DNA from: a virus
Taxonomy: Duplodnaviria > Heunggongvirae > Uroviricota > Caudoviricetes
Reading direction: 5' to 3' (one strand)
DNA: 64,000 bases
IMG/VR virus record: IMGVR_UViG_3300019487_000021
In this document: positions 53,550 to 63,432 of the stretch, one piece after another
How the letters are laid out: every line of letters starts with the position of its first letter
How positions within the stretch are numbered: the first letter of the stretch is position 1
Translations under genes and position numbers: made by a program
The notes under the pieces: generated by a model
Database searches by the model: none
Told to the model about the DNA's origin: nothing
Seen by the model: only the letters and a program-made list of their open reading frames with translations

Positions 53550-54623
53550 ATGCAGTTTCTTCAGCAATTAGAAGGCAACAGAATCGTTGCCAAGTCGATC
53601 GAAAAGTCATACTTCAACGTCAGATTTGCCGAGCCATTCGGTACGTTTCTTGAAGCGCTTCGACGGGAAAATCTCATCACGGAACACACGTCCAGAATTG
53701 TTGTGGAACGAGGCCATATGTGGGCTGATTGTCGCCGTGAAGATGGTATTCAACTTATCACGCAGCAAAATCCACTTTTATACGCAAGTCCGACGAGACT
53801 ATACGCAAGTGCTACTCGATCAACACTTGAGATCTTCGAGCATGTTCTGTCGCGCTATGCATCATATTGTATTTCAGAAGACATCGCGCCCGAAGAAGTC
53901 AAAATCAATGCCCAATATCATGAAAAGTTGAATCCAATGTTGTGGGATCAGTACGACGATGGTTTTCATTTGAATGAGCAAATGCGTCGGGCAATGCTTG
54001 ACATTTCACACGCATTTTTGAAATACTTGAAGATGCCAGAAATGGTGATCGAAGACATCATTTTGACAGGCAGCAACGCAAACTACAACTGGACCAACGA
54101 CAGTGACATTGATCTCCATATCGTAATCGACATGAAGCAAGCTGAGGATGAGTATGGCAAAATTGTCCCAGAGTATCTTGAGTCTAAGCGCCGTCTTTGG
54201 GGAGAGCAGCATGAGATTAAGTTACATGATGCTGATGTCGAAGTTTACGTTCAGGATCAACAAGAGCCGCACACATCGACGGGAATCTATTCACTGAAAG
54301 ATGATACATGGATAACACAACCAAAGCATGAACAGCCAACATATGACTCGATTGACGTTCGTACAAAAGCAGCAAAATGGGCGAACCACATCGACGATCT
54401 TGCAGACTCAGAACATTGTGATCCAAAACGTGCAGAAGAAATGACGAACAGACTGAAACGATATCGCAAAGCAGGTCTTCAAGAGAGCGGCGAGTTCTCA
54501 GTTGAGAACTTGGTGTTCAAGTATCTTCGCAACAATGGCTATCTGGAGAAACTCTCAGATTGTAAGCGAAGGGGAGTTGATGTTCGATTGTCATTAGAAG
54601 ACGAAGAATGGTGGAAACCTTAA
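53550..54623 (+). CDS. Pol-beta-superfamily nucleotidyltransferase
   Basis: 'ILTGSNANYNW..DSDIDLHIVID', 'VEVYVQD', 'GEFSVENLVFK'. Confidence 0.8.
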   Translation: MQFLQQLEGNRIVAKSIEKSYFNVRFAEPFGTFLEALRRENLITEHTSRIVVERGHMWADCRREDGIQLITQQNPLLYASPTRLYASATRSTLEIFEHVLSRYASYCISEDIAPEEVKINAQYHEKLNPMLWDQYDDGFHLNEQMRRAMLDISHAFLKYLKMPEMVIEDIILTGSNANYNWTNDSDIDLHIVIDMKQAEDEYGKIVPEYLESKRRLWGEQHEIKLHDADVEVYVQDQQEPHTSTGIYSLKDDTWITQPKHEQPTYDSIDVRTKAAKWANHIDDLADSEHCDPKRAEEMTNRLKRYRKAGLQESGEFSVENLVFKYLRNNGYLEKLSDCKRRGVDVRLSLEDEEWWKP

Positions 54624-54708
54624 ATAAGGAGAATACAATGGATGTAGTCACACTTGTACTTGGTATCGCAGTTGGTGCAGTCTTCTCGCCTTTCTGGATG
54701 AAAGTTTG

Positions 54709-54760
54709 GGGAATGGTAAAGGGCTGGGTTAGCAGGGAATGGTAAAGGGCTGGGTTAGCA
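54709..54760 (+). repeat. 26-bp tandem duplication at the end of a small membrane ORF (54638-54746)
   Basis: GGGAATGGTAAAGGGCTGGGTTAGCA x2. Confidence 0.9.
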
Positions 54761-54782
54761 AGTAAGGTGAGAGGTATGTGAA

Positions 54783-55130
54783 ATGGCGTCGCTGCTTCGC
54801 TTGGTTTTTTGGGGTGGTCTCTGGCTTGTAGCCTGGGTTTTCACAACTTTACTCCGAAAAATCAGACGAAAAGCACGCTTAGACAATTGTCTTACATGGT
54901 CAATCCGTCGTTGGGATGCGGAAGGTGGCTATCTCGTTGTCAGGTGGGGACGTAGCGCAAGATATCACTGGATGAGATGGCCACACTTCTTGTGGCTGCC
55001 TGAAGATCAACATGAACACCTTCGTCATTTTCTCCCGCGAGACGACAAACACGATCAGGTCGTTTTGCCAGCCCCGTGGTTTGAAGGGTATGTACAAAAG
55101 GGTGATCCAAAAGATGTGATTGAGAATTGA
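54783..55130 (+). CDS. hypothetical membrane protein
   Basis: N-terminal TM; Trp-rich. Confidence 0.65.
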   Translation: MASLLRLVFWGGLWLVAWVFTTLLRKIRRKARLDNCLTWSIRRWDAEGGYLVVRWGRSARYHWMRWPHFLWLPEDQHEHLRHFLPRDDKHDQVVLPAPWFEGYVQKGDPKDVIEN

Positions 55131-55276
55131 ACGAACATAAATACGTATGTTGACAAACGAGTGGAACACTCGTAGTGTGTAATACATTAAGGTGAGTTTG
55201 AGAACCTTAGATCTCAAACAAAAGTAGTACTCAAGCGGATAGACTGCTTGAGCGTTTACGGCAAAGGAGCTTTGCT

Positions 55277-56659
55277 ATGAAATCAACTCTTCTCCTCAAC
55301 GGTATTCTCAATACCGACAGCTACAAACCTTCGCACTGGCTTCAATATCCTCCTGGCACAACGATCGTCCAGTCATACATCGAATCACGTGGTGGTGAGT
55401 GGGACTTTACACAGTGGTTCGGCCTCCAAATCTGGCTGAAAGAGTATCTCTCAAAGCCCATCACTCAAGAAATGATCGAACAAGCTGAGATCATTCTCAA
55501 AGCACACGGCGAGCCTTTCAACCGAGAAGGCTGGGAGTACATCGTCAACGAACACCGCGGCTATCTACCAATCCGCATCCGTGCTGTCCCTGAAGGCACG
55601 AATCTACCGACCAAGAACGTTCTCGCGATCATCGAGAACACTGACCCGAAATGCTTTTGGTTACCTTCATATGTCGAAACTGCTGCACTTCGTGCAGCAT
55701 GGTACGGCACAACCGTTTCCACACTCTCCAAGAGCATCAAGAAAATGATTCTCCGCTACTTGGAAGAGACCGGCGATCCAAGTTTGATCAACTTCAAGCT
55801 GCATGACTTTGGAGCGCGTGGTGTTTCGTCGAAAGAATCAGCAGGCATCGGGGGAGCAGCACATCTGGTCAACTTCATGGGTACAGATACGATCGAGGGC
55901 ATGTTATACTCGATGGTGTACTACAACACCTCGGAAGTTACCGGCTTCAGCATTCCTGCAGCCGAACACAGCACGATCACCGCATACGGCCGCGAAGGTG
56001 AAGTTGAAGCGTTCCGCAACATGCTTCACCAATTTGCCAAGCCTGGTGCGTTGGTAGCTGTTGTGAGCGACAGCTACGACATCTACAACGCCTGCGAGAA
56101 CCTGTGGGGCGGCGTTCTGAAGCAAGAAGTTATCGACAGCGGTGCAGTTGTCGTTGTACGTCCTGACTCGGGTCATCCTGCAACGGTCGTTGTCAATTGT
56201 GCCCGGATTCTCGCCTCGAAGTTTGGTTATACAACCAACGACAAGGGCTACATGGTGTTGAACAATGTTCGCATCATTCAGGGAGACGGCATCAATGAAA
56301 CCAGCATCCGCGAGATCCTCTTCTCTCTGAAAATGGCTCGTTTCTCTGCAGACAACATCGCGTTTGGCATGGGTGGTGCACTTCTGCAAGGCATCAATCG
56401 CGACTCTTTGAAGTTCGCACAGAAAGCATGCGCGATGTTGATCAACGATACGTGGGTTGACATCTTCAAAGAACCGATTACTGACCCAGGTAAGAACAGC
56501 AAACGTGGACGTCTTGACCTGTATAAAGATGAGCAAGGGCAGTACGATACGCTGCGTGAAGACCCAACAAAAGAAAGTCAACTCGTGACCGTGTTCGAGA
56601 ACGGTAAACTTACGAAGGAGTGGACATTTGCAGAAGTGCGAGCTGTCTCAAATTCGTAA
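55277..56659 (+). CDS. nadV: nicotinamide phosphoribosyltransferase
   Basis: 'TDSYKPSH', 'LHDFGARG', 'SIPAAEHS', 'VSDSYD', 'VRPDSG', 'IQGDG', 'FGMGG'. Confidence 0.95.
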   Translation: MKSTLLLNGILNTDSYKPSHWLQYPPGTTIVQSYIESRGGEWDFTQWFGLQIWLKEYLSKPITQEMIEQAEIILKAHGEPFNREGWEYIVNEHRGYLPIRIRAVPEGTNLPTKNVLAIIENTDPKCFWLPSYVETAALRAAWYGTTVSTLSKSIKKMILRYLEETGDPSLINFKLHDFGARGVSSKESAGIGGAAHLVNFMGTDTIEGMLYSMVYYNTSEVTGFSIPAAEHSTITAYGREGEVEAFRNMLHQFAKPGALVAVVSDSYDIYNACENLWGGVLKQEVIDSGAVVVVRPDSGHPATVVVNCARILASKFGYTTNDKGYMVLNNVRIIQGDGINETSIREILFSLKMARFSADNIAFGMGGALLQGINRDSLKFAQKACAMLINDTWVDIFKEPITDPGKNSKRGRLDLYKDEQGQYDTLREDPTKESQLVTVFENGKLTKEWTFAEVRAVSNS

Positions 56660-56735
56660 CCTGTAGTAGAATCATGTAACAAATCAGGTGATCCATGGAG
56701 GATCACCTGATTAAAAAGCAGTCAAGGAGATAATC

Positions 56736-57425
56736 ATGAGTATGGACAACCTTTTCAGCAACGACAAGCTGATGAACCGGTTCTTCCGTCCGGTTAAAAA
56801 TGTCGTGTGGGATCTGATGTCAGGCAAGATTGGCGTCCTCACAAAAAACAACGAGATCGCAACACTCGAGCTCGATGCAGACGGAAACGCAGCAGTCAAT
56901 ATCAACCTGTTCAACCAGTTTGGTGTTGCGATTCCAGCATTCGCTCAAAACACACCCAAAGCAGCAGTCGTCGCCGGCGATCTGATCTACGTCGACGGAA
57001 AAGTGAAGGGTTGGGTTCTTGAGAACACCGACAAGGGCTTCCAGCTAATGCATCCAGATGGTGGTCGTCATCATTGGACTCCACCGAAGGTACAGATGTT
57101 CGGTCTCGATGGTGGTGTGATGGTCGCTCGCAGCCTGATCAACATGCTTCCAGGTGGTTCCACTGGTCTGAGCGGAATGCAGGCAAACTTGCTTCCACTG
57201 CTTGCGATGGGTGGCGATCTTGACCTCGAGAAGATGATGCCTCTGATTCTGATGTCGCAGATGGGCACGCCTGCAGCTGACCCAGCAAATCCAGGCGTTG
57301 CAGCAAATCCAATTGGTAACATGCTGCCAATGCTGATGATGATGCAGATGTTTAAGGGTGGAAAGAGCGACTCGAAGGGTTCGACTTTTAACTTCTTCGA
57401 TGACAAATACAACAATGGCCGATAA
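56736..57425 (+). CDS. hypothetical protein with Met/Gly-rich C-terminus
   Basis: AGGAG SD. Confidence 0.75.
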   Translation: MSMDNLFSNDKLMNRFFRPVKNVVWDLMSGKIGVLTKNNEIATLELDADGNAAVNINLFNQFGVAIPAFAQNTPKAAVVAGDLIYVDGKVKGWVLENTDKGFQLMHPDGGRHHWTPPKVQMFGLDGGVMVARSLINMLPGGSTGLSGMQANLLPLLAMGGDLDLEKMMPLILMSQMGTPAADPANPGVAANPIGNMLPMLMMMQMFKGGKSDSKGSTFNFFDDKYNNGR

Positions 57426-57436
57426 GGAGAACAATC

Positions 57437-58312
57437 ATGGGAAGCGGATCATTCAATGTTGACGCATATCGTTCGTTTACCGCACCGTTGATGAGGATGT
57501 CTCGTGAGCAGGTTTTCGCGAGCCGTTCGATGAAGGATTACCTCAATCCGTATGGTGTTACGCTGCGCGAAAGTCGCGATAACGATGAACATCCTGAGTC
57601 GCGCGCAATCATTCTCGCTCTAGACGTAACAGGCTCGATGGGAAAGATTGCAGAGATTCTTGCAAAGAAACAACTTGGCACTCTGGTCGAAGGTATTCTC
57701 GAACGTAAGCCTATCACCGACCCACAAATCATGATCATGGGCATTGGTGATGCATACTATGATGAAGCTCCACTGCAGGTTTCGCAGTTTGAGTCCGACA
57801 TTCGGATTGCTCAACAGCTTGTTGACATCTGGCTTGAGGGTCATGGCGGTGGTAACGATTGCGAGAGCTACGATTTGCCATGGTACTTCGCAAGTCAGCG
57901 TACTGCAATCGACTGTTTCGAGAAACGTGGCCAAAAGGGCTACTTGTTCACAATCGGCGATGAAATGCCTCCAAGCGGAATCCACAAGCACCACATCACA
58001 AAGGTGTTTGGCGGTGAACAGGTGCGTGGATATAAACCCGACGAAACTCTGATAGCGGCACAGGAAAAGTATGAAGTGTTTCATGTGATCGTTGAGGAAG
58101 GTAGTTATGCTCAGCAGTATCTGTCATCTGTTAAGCGTGCTTGGCGTGGACTTCTTGCCAAACGAGCAATCCTGTTATCGAACTACGATCACCTGTCGCA
58201 AGTGATTCTGTCCGTTCTGGAGGTTGCAGAAGGTGCTGATCCAGAAGACGTGATCGCAAAATGGCAGGATCGTTCAGTTCAGAAGACTGTTCGGCACGCT
58301 TTGTTCGACTAA
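57437..58312 (+). CDS. vWA-like protein
   Basis: 'LALDVTGSM', 'EGHGGGND.ESY', 'FTIGDE'. Confidence 0.75.
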   Translation: MGSGSFNVDAYRSFTAPLMRMSREQVFASRSMKDYLNPYGVTLRESRDNDEHPESRAIILALDVTGSMGKIAEILAKKQLGTLVEGILERKPITDPQIMIMGIGDAYYDEAPLQVSQFESDIRIAQQLVDIWLEGHGGGNDCESYDLPWYFASQRTAIDCFEKRGQKGYLFTIGDEMPPSGIHKHHITKVFGGEQVRGYKPDETLIAAQEKYEVFHVIVEEGSYAQQYLSSVKRAWRGLLAKRAILLSNYDHLSQVILSVLEVAEGADPEDVIAKWQDRSVQKTVRHALFD

Positions 58313-58320
58313 GGTGCTCT

Positions 58321-58527
58321 ATGGCTTATAAGTCGTTTTTAGATTGCCCGCACAAAAACGTGCAACAGTTTACCGAGTATTGCCTTGACTGTGGGTGTAA
58401 CGTGTACATGACGAACGAAGAGTATTATGCCGAGCTTCGTCGTCGAGCGAAAGTCAACGAGGCGGCCATTCGTAAACTAGAACGAAAACTCGGCATTGAA
58501 CAGAGATCAGACGATAGCGACTGGTGA
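58321..58527 (+). CDS. small Cys-containing hypothetical protein
   Basis: 'CPH...YCLDCG'. Confidence 0.55.
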   Translation: MAYKSFLDCPHKNVQQFTEYCLDCGCNVYMTNEEYYAELRRRAKVNEAAIRKLERKLGIEQRSDDSDW

Positions 58528-59687
58528 AAGCAAAAATCGTAATCGGTGCAAACTTCGGTGACGAGGGAAAGGGTCTCGTCACCGATTATCTTTGTGCACA
58601 TGAAAACCAATGTGTCGTTGTACGATTCAACGGTGGTGCGCAAGCTGGACACACTGTTCTAACTCCCGATGGAAAACGACATGTGTTTAGCCATTTTGGA
58701 GCAGGAACATACAGCAACGCTCCAACATTTCTCTCACAGTACTTCGTTGTCAATCCGTTCTTGTTTGTCAAAGAACTTCAACTGCTTGGAAACGATCAAC
58801 GACCGACATACGTTGATGCACGAGCTCAAGTCACCACACCCTACGATATTCTAATCAACCAAGCTATTGAACAAAAACGTGGCAATGGCCGACATGGAAG
58901 TTGTGGTGTGGGAATTGGAGAAACGGTAGAAAGAAGCCTAAACCACGAATTTCAATTGACTGTCAAAAATGTGATCGATGGTGATATCGTCGATCGGTTG
59001 ACGATAATTCGTGATCAGTGGGTTCCTATTCGTTGCTCCAAACTTGGTGTACAAGTAGAAGAACAGCTGTTATTCTCCGATCGACTCATGACTGATTACC
59101 TGCAGTGCTGTGCTAGGTTTACATCAGAATGCATTTTAGAAGATGATGAAAGCTCTTTGTACCGGTGCGGTCAGACTCTCATTTTTGAAGGGGCACAAGG
59201 ACTGTTGCTCGACGAAATGCATAAGTGGTTCCCTTATGTTACACGTTCTCGTACAGGTGTACACAACGCAATATCGATCCTTGACGAACTTGGAATCGAA
59301 GAAGCAGAAGTGTACTACGTCACGCGAGCATATCTGACTCGACATGGAGCAGGTCCACTTCCGTTTGAAACTCCACAGCTATACGATACAATCGACGATC
59401 CAACAAACCAACCTCATACCTTCCAAGGGAACCTTCGGTTCGCTCCGTTCAACCTCGATTTGTTCAAAGAGTCAGTTGACATGGATCTAGATGAACGGAT
59501 TCGAGGAGTCAAGTTAAGACCGAATGTCGTTGTAACGTGCATGGATCAAGTACCCACAAAATTGAAATATGTTGACAAAGGGGGCATAGTTGAGGATACT
59601 GAGCTCCTTCAAAAGCTGAACCGGTTGTGGTTTGAATCGCTGCTGGTATCAAATGGACCGACTCGATCAACTGTTTGGGAGCTGTGA
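58524..59687 (+). CDS. purA: adenylosuccinate synthetase-like protein
   Basis: 'GANFGDEGKG', 'RFNGGAQAGHT', 'GSCGVG', 'FEGAQGLLLD', 'TRHGAGP'. Confidence 0.8.
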   Translation: MKAKIVIGANFGDEGKGLVTDYLCAHENQCVVVRFNGGAQAGHTVLTPDGKRHVFSHFGAGTYSNAPTFLSQYFVVNPFLFVKELQLLGNDQRPTYVDARAQVTTPYDILINQAIEQKRGNGRHGSCGVGIGETVERSLNHEFQLTVKNVIDGDIVDRLTIIRDQWVPIRCSKLGVQVEEQLLFSDRLMTDYLQCCARFTSECILEDDESSLYRCGQTLIFEGAQGLLLDEMHKWFPYVTRSRTGVHNAISILDELGIEEAEVYYVTRAYLTRHGAGPLPFETPQLYDTIDDPTNQPHTFQGNLRFAPFNLDLFKESVDMDLDERIRGVKLRPNVVVTCMDQVPTKLKYVDKGGIVEDTELLQKLNRLWFESLLVSNGPTRSTVWEL

Positions 59688-60544
59688 TCATGTTTGGCTG
59701 TGTGTACATGATTGTTTCAAATCGTCCTGAAGTGAAGCACATTGCCGAAATGTGCTGGCAAGCAATCGCGAGTGCTGCTCGTAACTGCGGAATTCGCGTT
59801 CTAACAGACCCATCAGAAATTCCAGATGGTTACGGGCGAGATGTGCTGATCATCGCTATTGGGGGTGATGGCACGATGCTCGAAGCAATGCGTCTTGCTG
59901 TCAGCAAAGACGCAACAGCTGTTGGCGTCAATCTTGGGCGTATCGGATTCTTAACCGACATCAACGTTCGTAACTATGGACAAGAGCCGTTCACACAGTT
60001 ATGGGACAAGATTTTGCGTGACAAACAGCCATACCGCAAAGAACAACGCACAATGTTGATGGTTGCGGAACCAAGCGGTCCGATTTCTCTTGCAGGAAAC
60101 GAAGTGTCGATCTCTCGTATCAAAGCCGACAGCATGATCGAATACTCAATCCACGTTAATGAAGATTCGCTTGGCACACATCGCGCTAACAGCATTCTGA
60201 TTTCAACAGCAACTGGTTCAACGGCGTATGCATTATCTGCGGGTGGAGCGCTGCTTCTTCCATCAATCCACGCATTTCAAATCGTTTCCATTGCGTCGAC
60301 GACGCTCACCTCAAGGCCGATCGTCGTTGACGGAACTTCGTTCATCACGATTGAAGCGTGGGGCAAGGGTGTGTCTGTGCGAGCAGATGGAACCGTTGTT
60401 GTCGAAAATCCCAAAACGTTCACGAAAAATGATCCTTTTTACGTAACGATGAAGGCTTTCCCGCGTCGATGTAATATTTTGCATCTCGAAGGCTGGAACT
60501 TCTTCGATACTCTCTCGAGTAAGCTGGGATGGATTAAAGAGTAA
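59675..60544 (+). CDS. nadK: NAD kinase
   Basis: 'GGDGT', 'NLGRIGFL', 'NE', 'TATGSTAYALSAGG'. Confidence 0.9.
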   Translation: MGAVIMFGCVYMIVSNRPEVKHIAEMCWQAIASAARNCGIRVLTDPSEIPDGYGRDVLIIAIGGDGTMLEAMRLAVSKDATAVGVNLGRIGFLTDINVRNYGQEPFTQLWDKILRDKQPYRKEQRTMLMVAEPSGPISLAGNEVSISRIKADSMIEYSIHVNEDSLGTHRANSILISTATGSTAYALSAGGALLLPSIHAFQIVSIASTTLTSRPIVVDGTSFITIEAWGKGVSVRADGTVVVENPKTFTKNDPFYVTMKAFPRRCNILHLEGWNFFDTLSSKLGWIKE

Positions 60545-60570
60545 ATACCGGAAAGTGAGGGATTTATCCG

Positions 60571-61224
60571 ATGAAGCTGCTCGAAGTCAGCGAAATGGAA
60601 CCGAAGGAAGTTTCACAGACGTACAGCCAATACCAGAAACAGCTCGAAGGTATGGCAAAGTGCCAATTGATTAAACAGCTAGGAAGTCCAGGTGTTTTTG
60701 GTGCTGCCTATCAATCTCCAACCGATCCTAAAATTGCCGTCAAAACGTATCAGTTAACACCTGAATATCCTGATTATCAATGGGATGCGTATACGCAGTG
60801 GTTGATCCAAACGATGAATCGTTCACACAATCCGTACTTTCCTCGTGTACATGATGTGCAGATTTTTGTCTGTGCGCCCGGCCGAGGCCGACGTCGTGTA
60901 ATGTATGGTGTTGTTCACATGGAAAAGCTTGAACCACTCGATGATAATGATTTCGGTCAATACTATCCATTCAATGATCGTGATTACTTAATCAAAAATC
61001 CTCGTCAATTCTCGTATCCAATGGGTGTGTACACCCAGCACTTTATGCGACAGGCAAGAGCCAAAGATCCGGCATTGTATGATGCCGTTTCCTTAATTCA
61101 TCGCCTTGCGGATAATCACAGTTTCCAACTCGATACACACGGCGACAATGTAATGTGGCGCATGGAACCCGGACTTGGCGGTAGTGACCGTCAATTAGTA
61201 TTCACAGATCCGCTAGCTTGGTAG
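60571..61224 (+). CDS. protein kinase-like fold protein
   Basis: 'LGSPGVFGAAY', 'IAVK', 'DTHGDNVM', 'FTDP'. Confidence 0.65.
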   Translation: MKLLEVSEMEPKEVSQTYSQYQKQLEGMAKCQLIKQLGSPGVFGAAYQSPTDPKIAVKTYQLTPEYPDYQWDAYTQWLIQTMNRSHNPYFPRVHDVQIFVCAPGRGRRRVMYGVVHMEKLEPLDDNDFGQYYPFNDRDYLIKNPRQFSYPMGVYTQHFMRQARAKDPALYDAVSLIHRLADNHSFQLDTHGDNVMWRMEPGLGGSDRQLVFTDPLAW

Positions 61225-61261
61225 TTGTCATTTCGCTGCTGTTCAGTGATAATGAACGACT

Positions 61262-61702
61262 ATGGAAAAAATCTCTACATTCTTTGGCAAGTACCGCTTC
61301 CTTTCAAACTTCTGGCCGTGTGAGTTTGTGTGGGATAACATCGTCTGGAATTCCAGCGAACATGCGTATGTCGCTTCAAAGACGCTTGATCGTGCTTTGC
61401 GCCTGAAAATCTCGAAGATGGCCGGCAAAGGTGAGGTGAAACGTTTCGGTCGTACAATTGAATTGCGTCCGGATTGGGAACAAGTCAAGTACGATATAAT
61501 GCTTGAAATCGTACGCGCTAAGTTTCGTCAAAACCCCGACCTCAAGCAAAAGTTGTTGGAGACAGGTGATGCAGAACTGGAAGAAGGCAACACGTGGGGC
61601 GATCGTGTGTGGGGTGTTTGTCCGCCAAACAGCGGTAATGGGAAGAACTGGCTAGGAAAGATCCTGATGATCGTCCGAAAGGAGCTACGAGATGCAAGGT
61701 GA
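61262..61702 (+). CDS. NADAR (YbiA-like) protein
   Basis: 'FLSNFWP', 'SEHAY..K', 'TGDAELEEGNTWGD..WG', 'NWLGKILM'. Confidence 0.9.
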   Translation: MEKISTFFGKYRFLSNFWPCEFVWDNIVWNSSEHAYVASKTLDRALRLKISKMAGKGEVKRFGRTIELRPDWEQVKYDIMLEIVRAKFRQNPDLKQKLLETGDAELEEGNTWGDRVWGVCPPNSGNGKNWLGKILMIVRKELRDAR

Positions 61703-62258
61703 CAAAACGATCTACTACGCGGGAATCGGTTCACGAGAAACACCTTCAAATGTCCTTGTGTTGATGGAGGAGTTTGCTGTAGAGGCTGCTTCGAGAGGTG
61801 TCGTGCTTCGTTCTGGTGCTGCTCCTGGTGCTGACGCAGCATTTGAAAAAGGATGTGGCAGCGAGCCAAAGCAAATTTTCATTCCGTGGAATGGTTTTCA
61901 AGAGAAACGTGAAGACAACATAGCAACATTCTTACCGCTTGATGAATCTGGCGATCTTGCAGCAAAAGTTCATCCATACTATCGCACGATGCGACGTCCA
62001 AACAAACTGCTGATCTCACGAAACATGCACCAAGTCATGGGCCCCGACCTTACAACGCCCGTTGAATTTGTTGTTTGTTGGACGAAGGACGGTTGTACGG
62101 ATCATTTCTCTTACTCACCTGAGAAAACAGGCGGAACGGGCTCTGCAATCGCGTTAGCATCGATGCAGAAGATCCGTGTGTTCAATTTGTTCAACCGTCA
62201 TAGTATATGGCAGGCATACGAGAAACTTGTTGAACTAACGGGTTGGTTGCCTCGATAA
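61692..62258 (+). CDS. SLOG/DprA-like protein
   Basis: 'YAGIGSRETP', 'LRSGAAPGADAAFE', 'GGTG.A'. Confidence 0.75.
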   Translation: MQGDKTIYYAGIGSRETPSNVLVLMEEFAVEAASRGVVLRSGAAPGADAAFEKGCGSEPKQIFIPWNGFQEKREDNIATFLPLDESGDLAAKVHPYYRTMRRPNKLLISRNMHQVMGPDLTTPVEFVVCWTKDGCTDHFSYSPEKTGGTGSAIALASMQKIRVFNLFNRHSIWQAYEKLVELTGWLPR

Positions 62259-62434
62259 TCAAGACTCGTAAACCTTTTTGGGGAGTCCAATGTTACTTGT
62301 TATCATGCTTCTCGTCCTGCTATTCGTCGACTTTTGCTTGTTCACGTTTTGGGACAAGTACATTTTGTCGGTTGTTCTTACCAAGAAGTTCAGCGTATAG
62401 TTTACGACTGAACCAGAAAAGGAAGTTCAAAAAC

Positions 62435-63145
62435 ATGATAGAACAACCGTTGTATCCCAACGGAAATCTTTACCTCTCTGGAGGTATGCAGTTTGCCGAC
62501 AATCTAGGAGCATCTTGGCGCGAGCAATGTTCACAGCGACTCAGAGAGTTGAAGTTCTACCCGATCGACATCACATCCCTCGACAAAGCCTACTCAGCAG
62601 CATACGGCCACCCGTACACGTTCCTTGAGACGACCGACTTGCTTCAATACAAGTCCAACATTCGTCGTCAAATCGTTCGCGCTGATATTGAGGTCGTTCG
62701 TCACCACAGCCATGGTGTAATAGTATATTTCGATGTAGCAGCACAGAGGGGTGCTGGTACACAAAGCGAATGTCAAGAAGCCTACGACTATGATGTCCCC
62801 TACTTCTTAGTGCGCGGCCTTCCGACATGGAAGGAGGTTCCAGGCTGGATCCGAGCGAACTCTACCAAAATGTTCGACACGTTTGACCATCTATATGCCT
62901 ATCTTGGTAGCCTTCCGCCAAAGATTCTGATTCGCGATGTGTACGGCAATCGTCACGCGGCGCCATACTATTTGTGTTCATTGTGTGGCGACCCGTTTGT
63001 GAAGCGTGGAATGCAGTTTGTGTCCAAATTAACCCCAATGTATTGCCGGACGTGTGTTGAAATTGTCAAAGCGACCCATGAAGCGCACGCTGATCGATAC
63101 GAATTCTTTATCCAGCAGATGAAGAAAGATGCAAAAGGAGACTAG
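62435..63145 (+). CDS. nucleoside 2-deoxyribosyltransferase-like protein with C-terminal Zn ribbon
   Basis: 'LYLSGGM', 'ADIEVV', 'GAGTQSE'; CSLC...CRTC. Confidence 0.6.
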   Translation: MIEQPLYPNGNLYLSGGMQFADNLGASWREQCSQRLRELKFYPIDITSLDKAYSAAYGHPYTFLETTDLLQYKSNIRRQIVRADIEVVRHHSHGVIVYFDVAAQRGAGTQSECQEAYDYDVPYFLVRGLPTWKEVPGWIRANSTKMFDTFDHLYAYLGSLPPKILIRDVYGNRHAAPYYLCSLCGDPFVKRGMQFVSKLTPMYCRTCVEIVKATHEAHADRYEFFIQQMKKDAKGD

Positions 63146-63147
63146 AC

Positions 63148-63432
63148 ATGCCGTATATTAAAGAAGAGAAAAGATTAGTACTAGATCCGCATATCAACGC
63201 GGTTCTAAATGCCCTCAGAGAGTTGGAGTCCGATGATGCTTCCAATAATATGGAAGGCAATATCAACTACATCATCACACGAATCCTTCATCGGGTGTAC
63301 AAAGATGGCGGATATCGTGGCGTTAACGACGCAATTGGAGCTACATTCTGTGCAGCACTGGAATTTTATCGGAAGGTAGCTGCTCCGTACGAAGATCAAA
63401 AAGAGTTCGAAAACGGAGTGATTGAAGGGTAA
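63148..63432 (+). CDS. conserved-looking hypothetical protein
   Basis: 'MPYIK', 'GNINYIIT', 'EFYRKVAAPYED.K..ENG'. Confidence 0.75.
   Translation: MPYIKEEKRLVLDPHINAVLNALRELESDDASNNMEGNINYIITRILHRVYKDGGYRGVNDAIGATFCAALEFYRKVAAPYEDQKEFENGVIEG

Noticed and set aside
58524-59687. PurZ / 2-aminoadenine DNA pathway (with MazG at 12923)
   Set aside because: The catalytic motif is GDEGKG (Asp), not the Ser-type motif of PurZ, and no DatZ-like HD gene is seen in this window.
62243-62434. N-terminal 64 aa of the track ORF 62243-63145
   Set aside because: Overlaps the previous gene and is low-complexity Ser/Cys/Phe; ATG 62435 with an AGGA SD is the better start.
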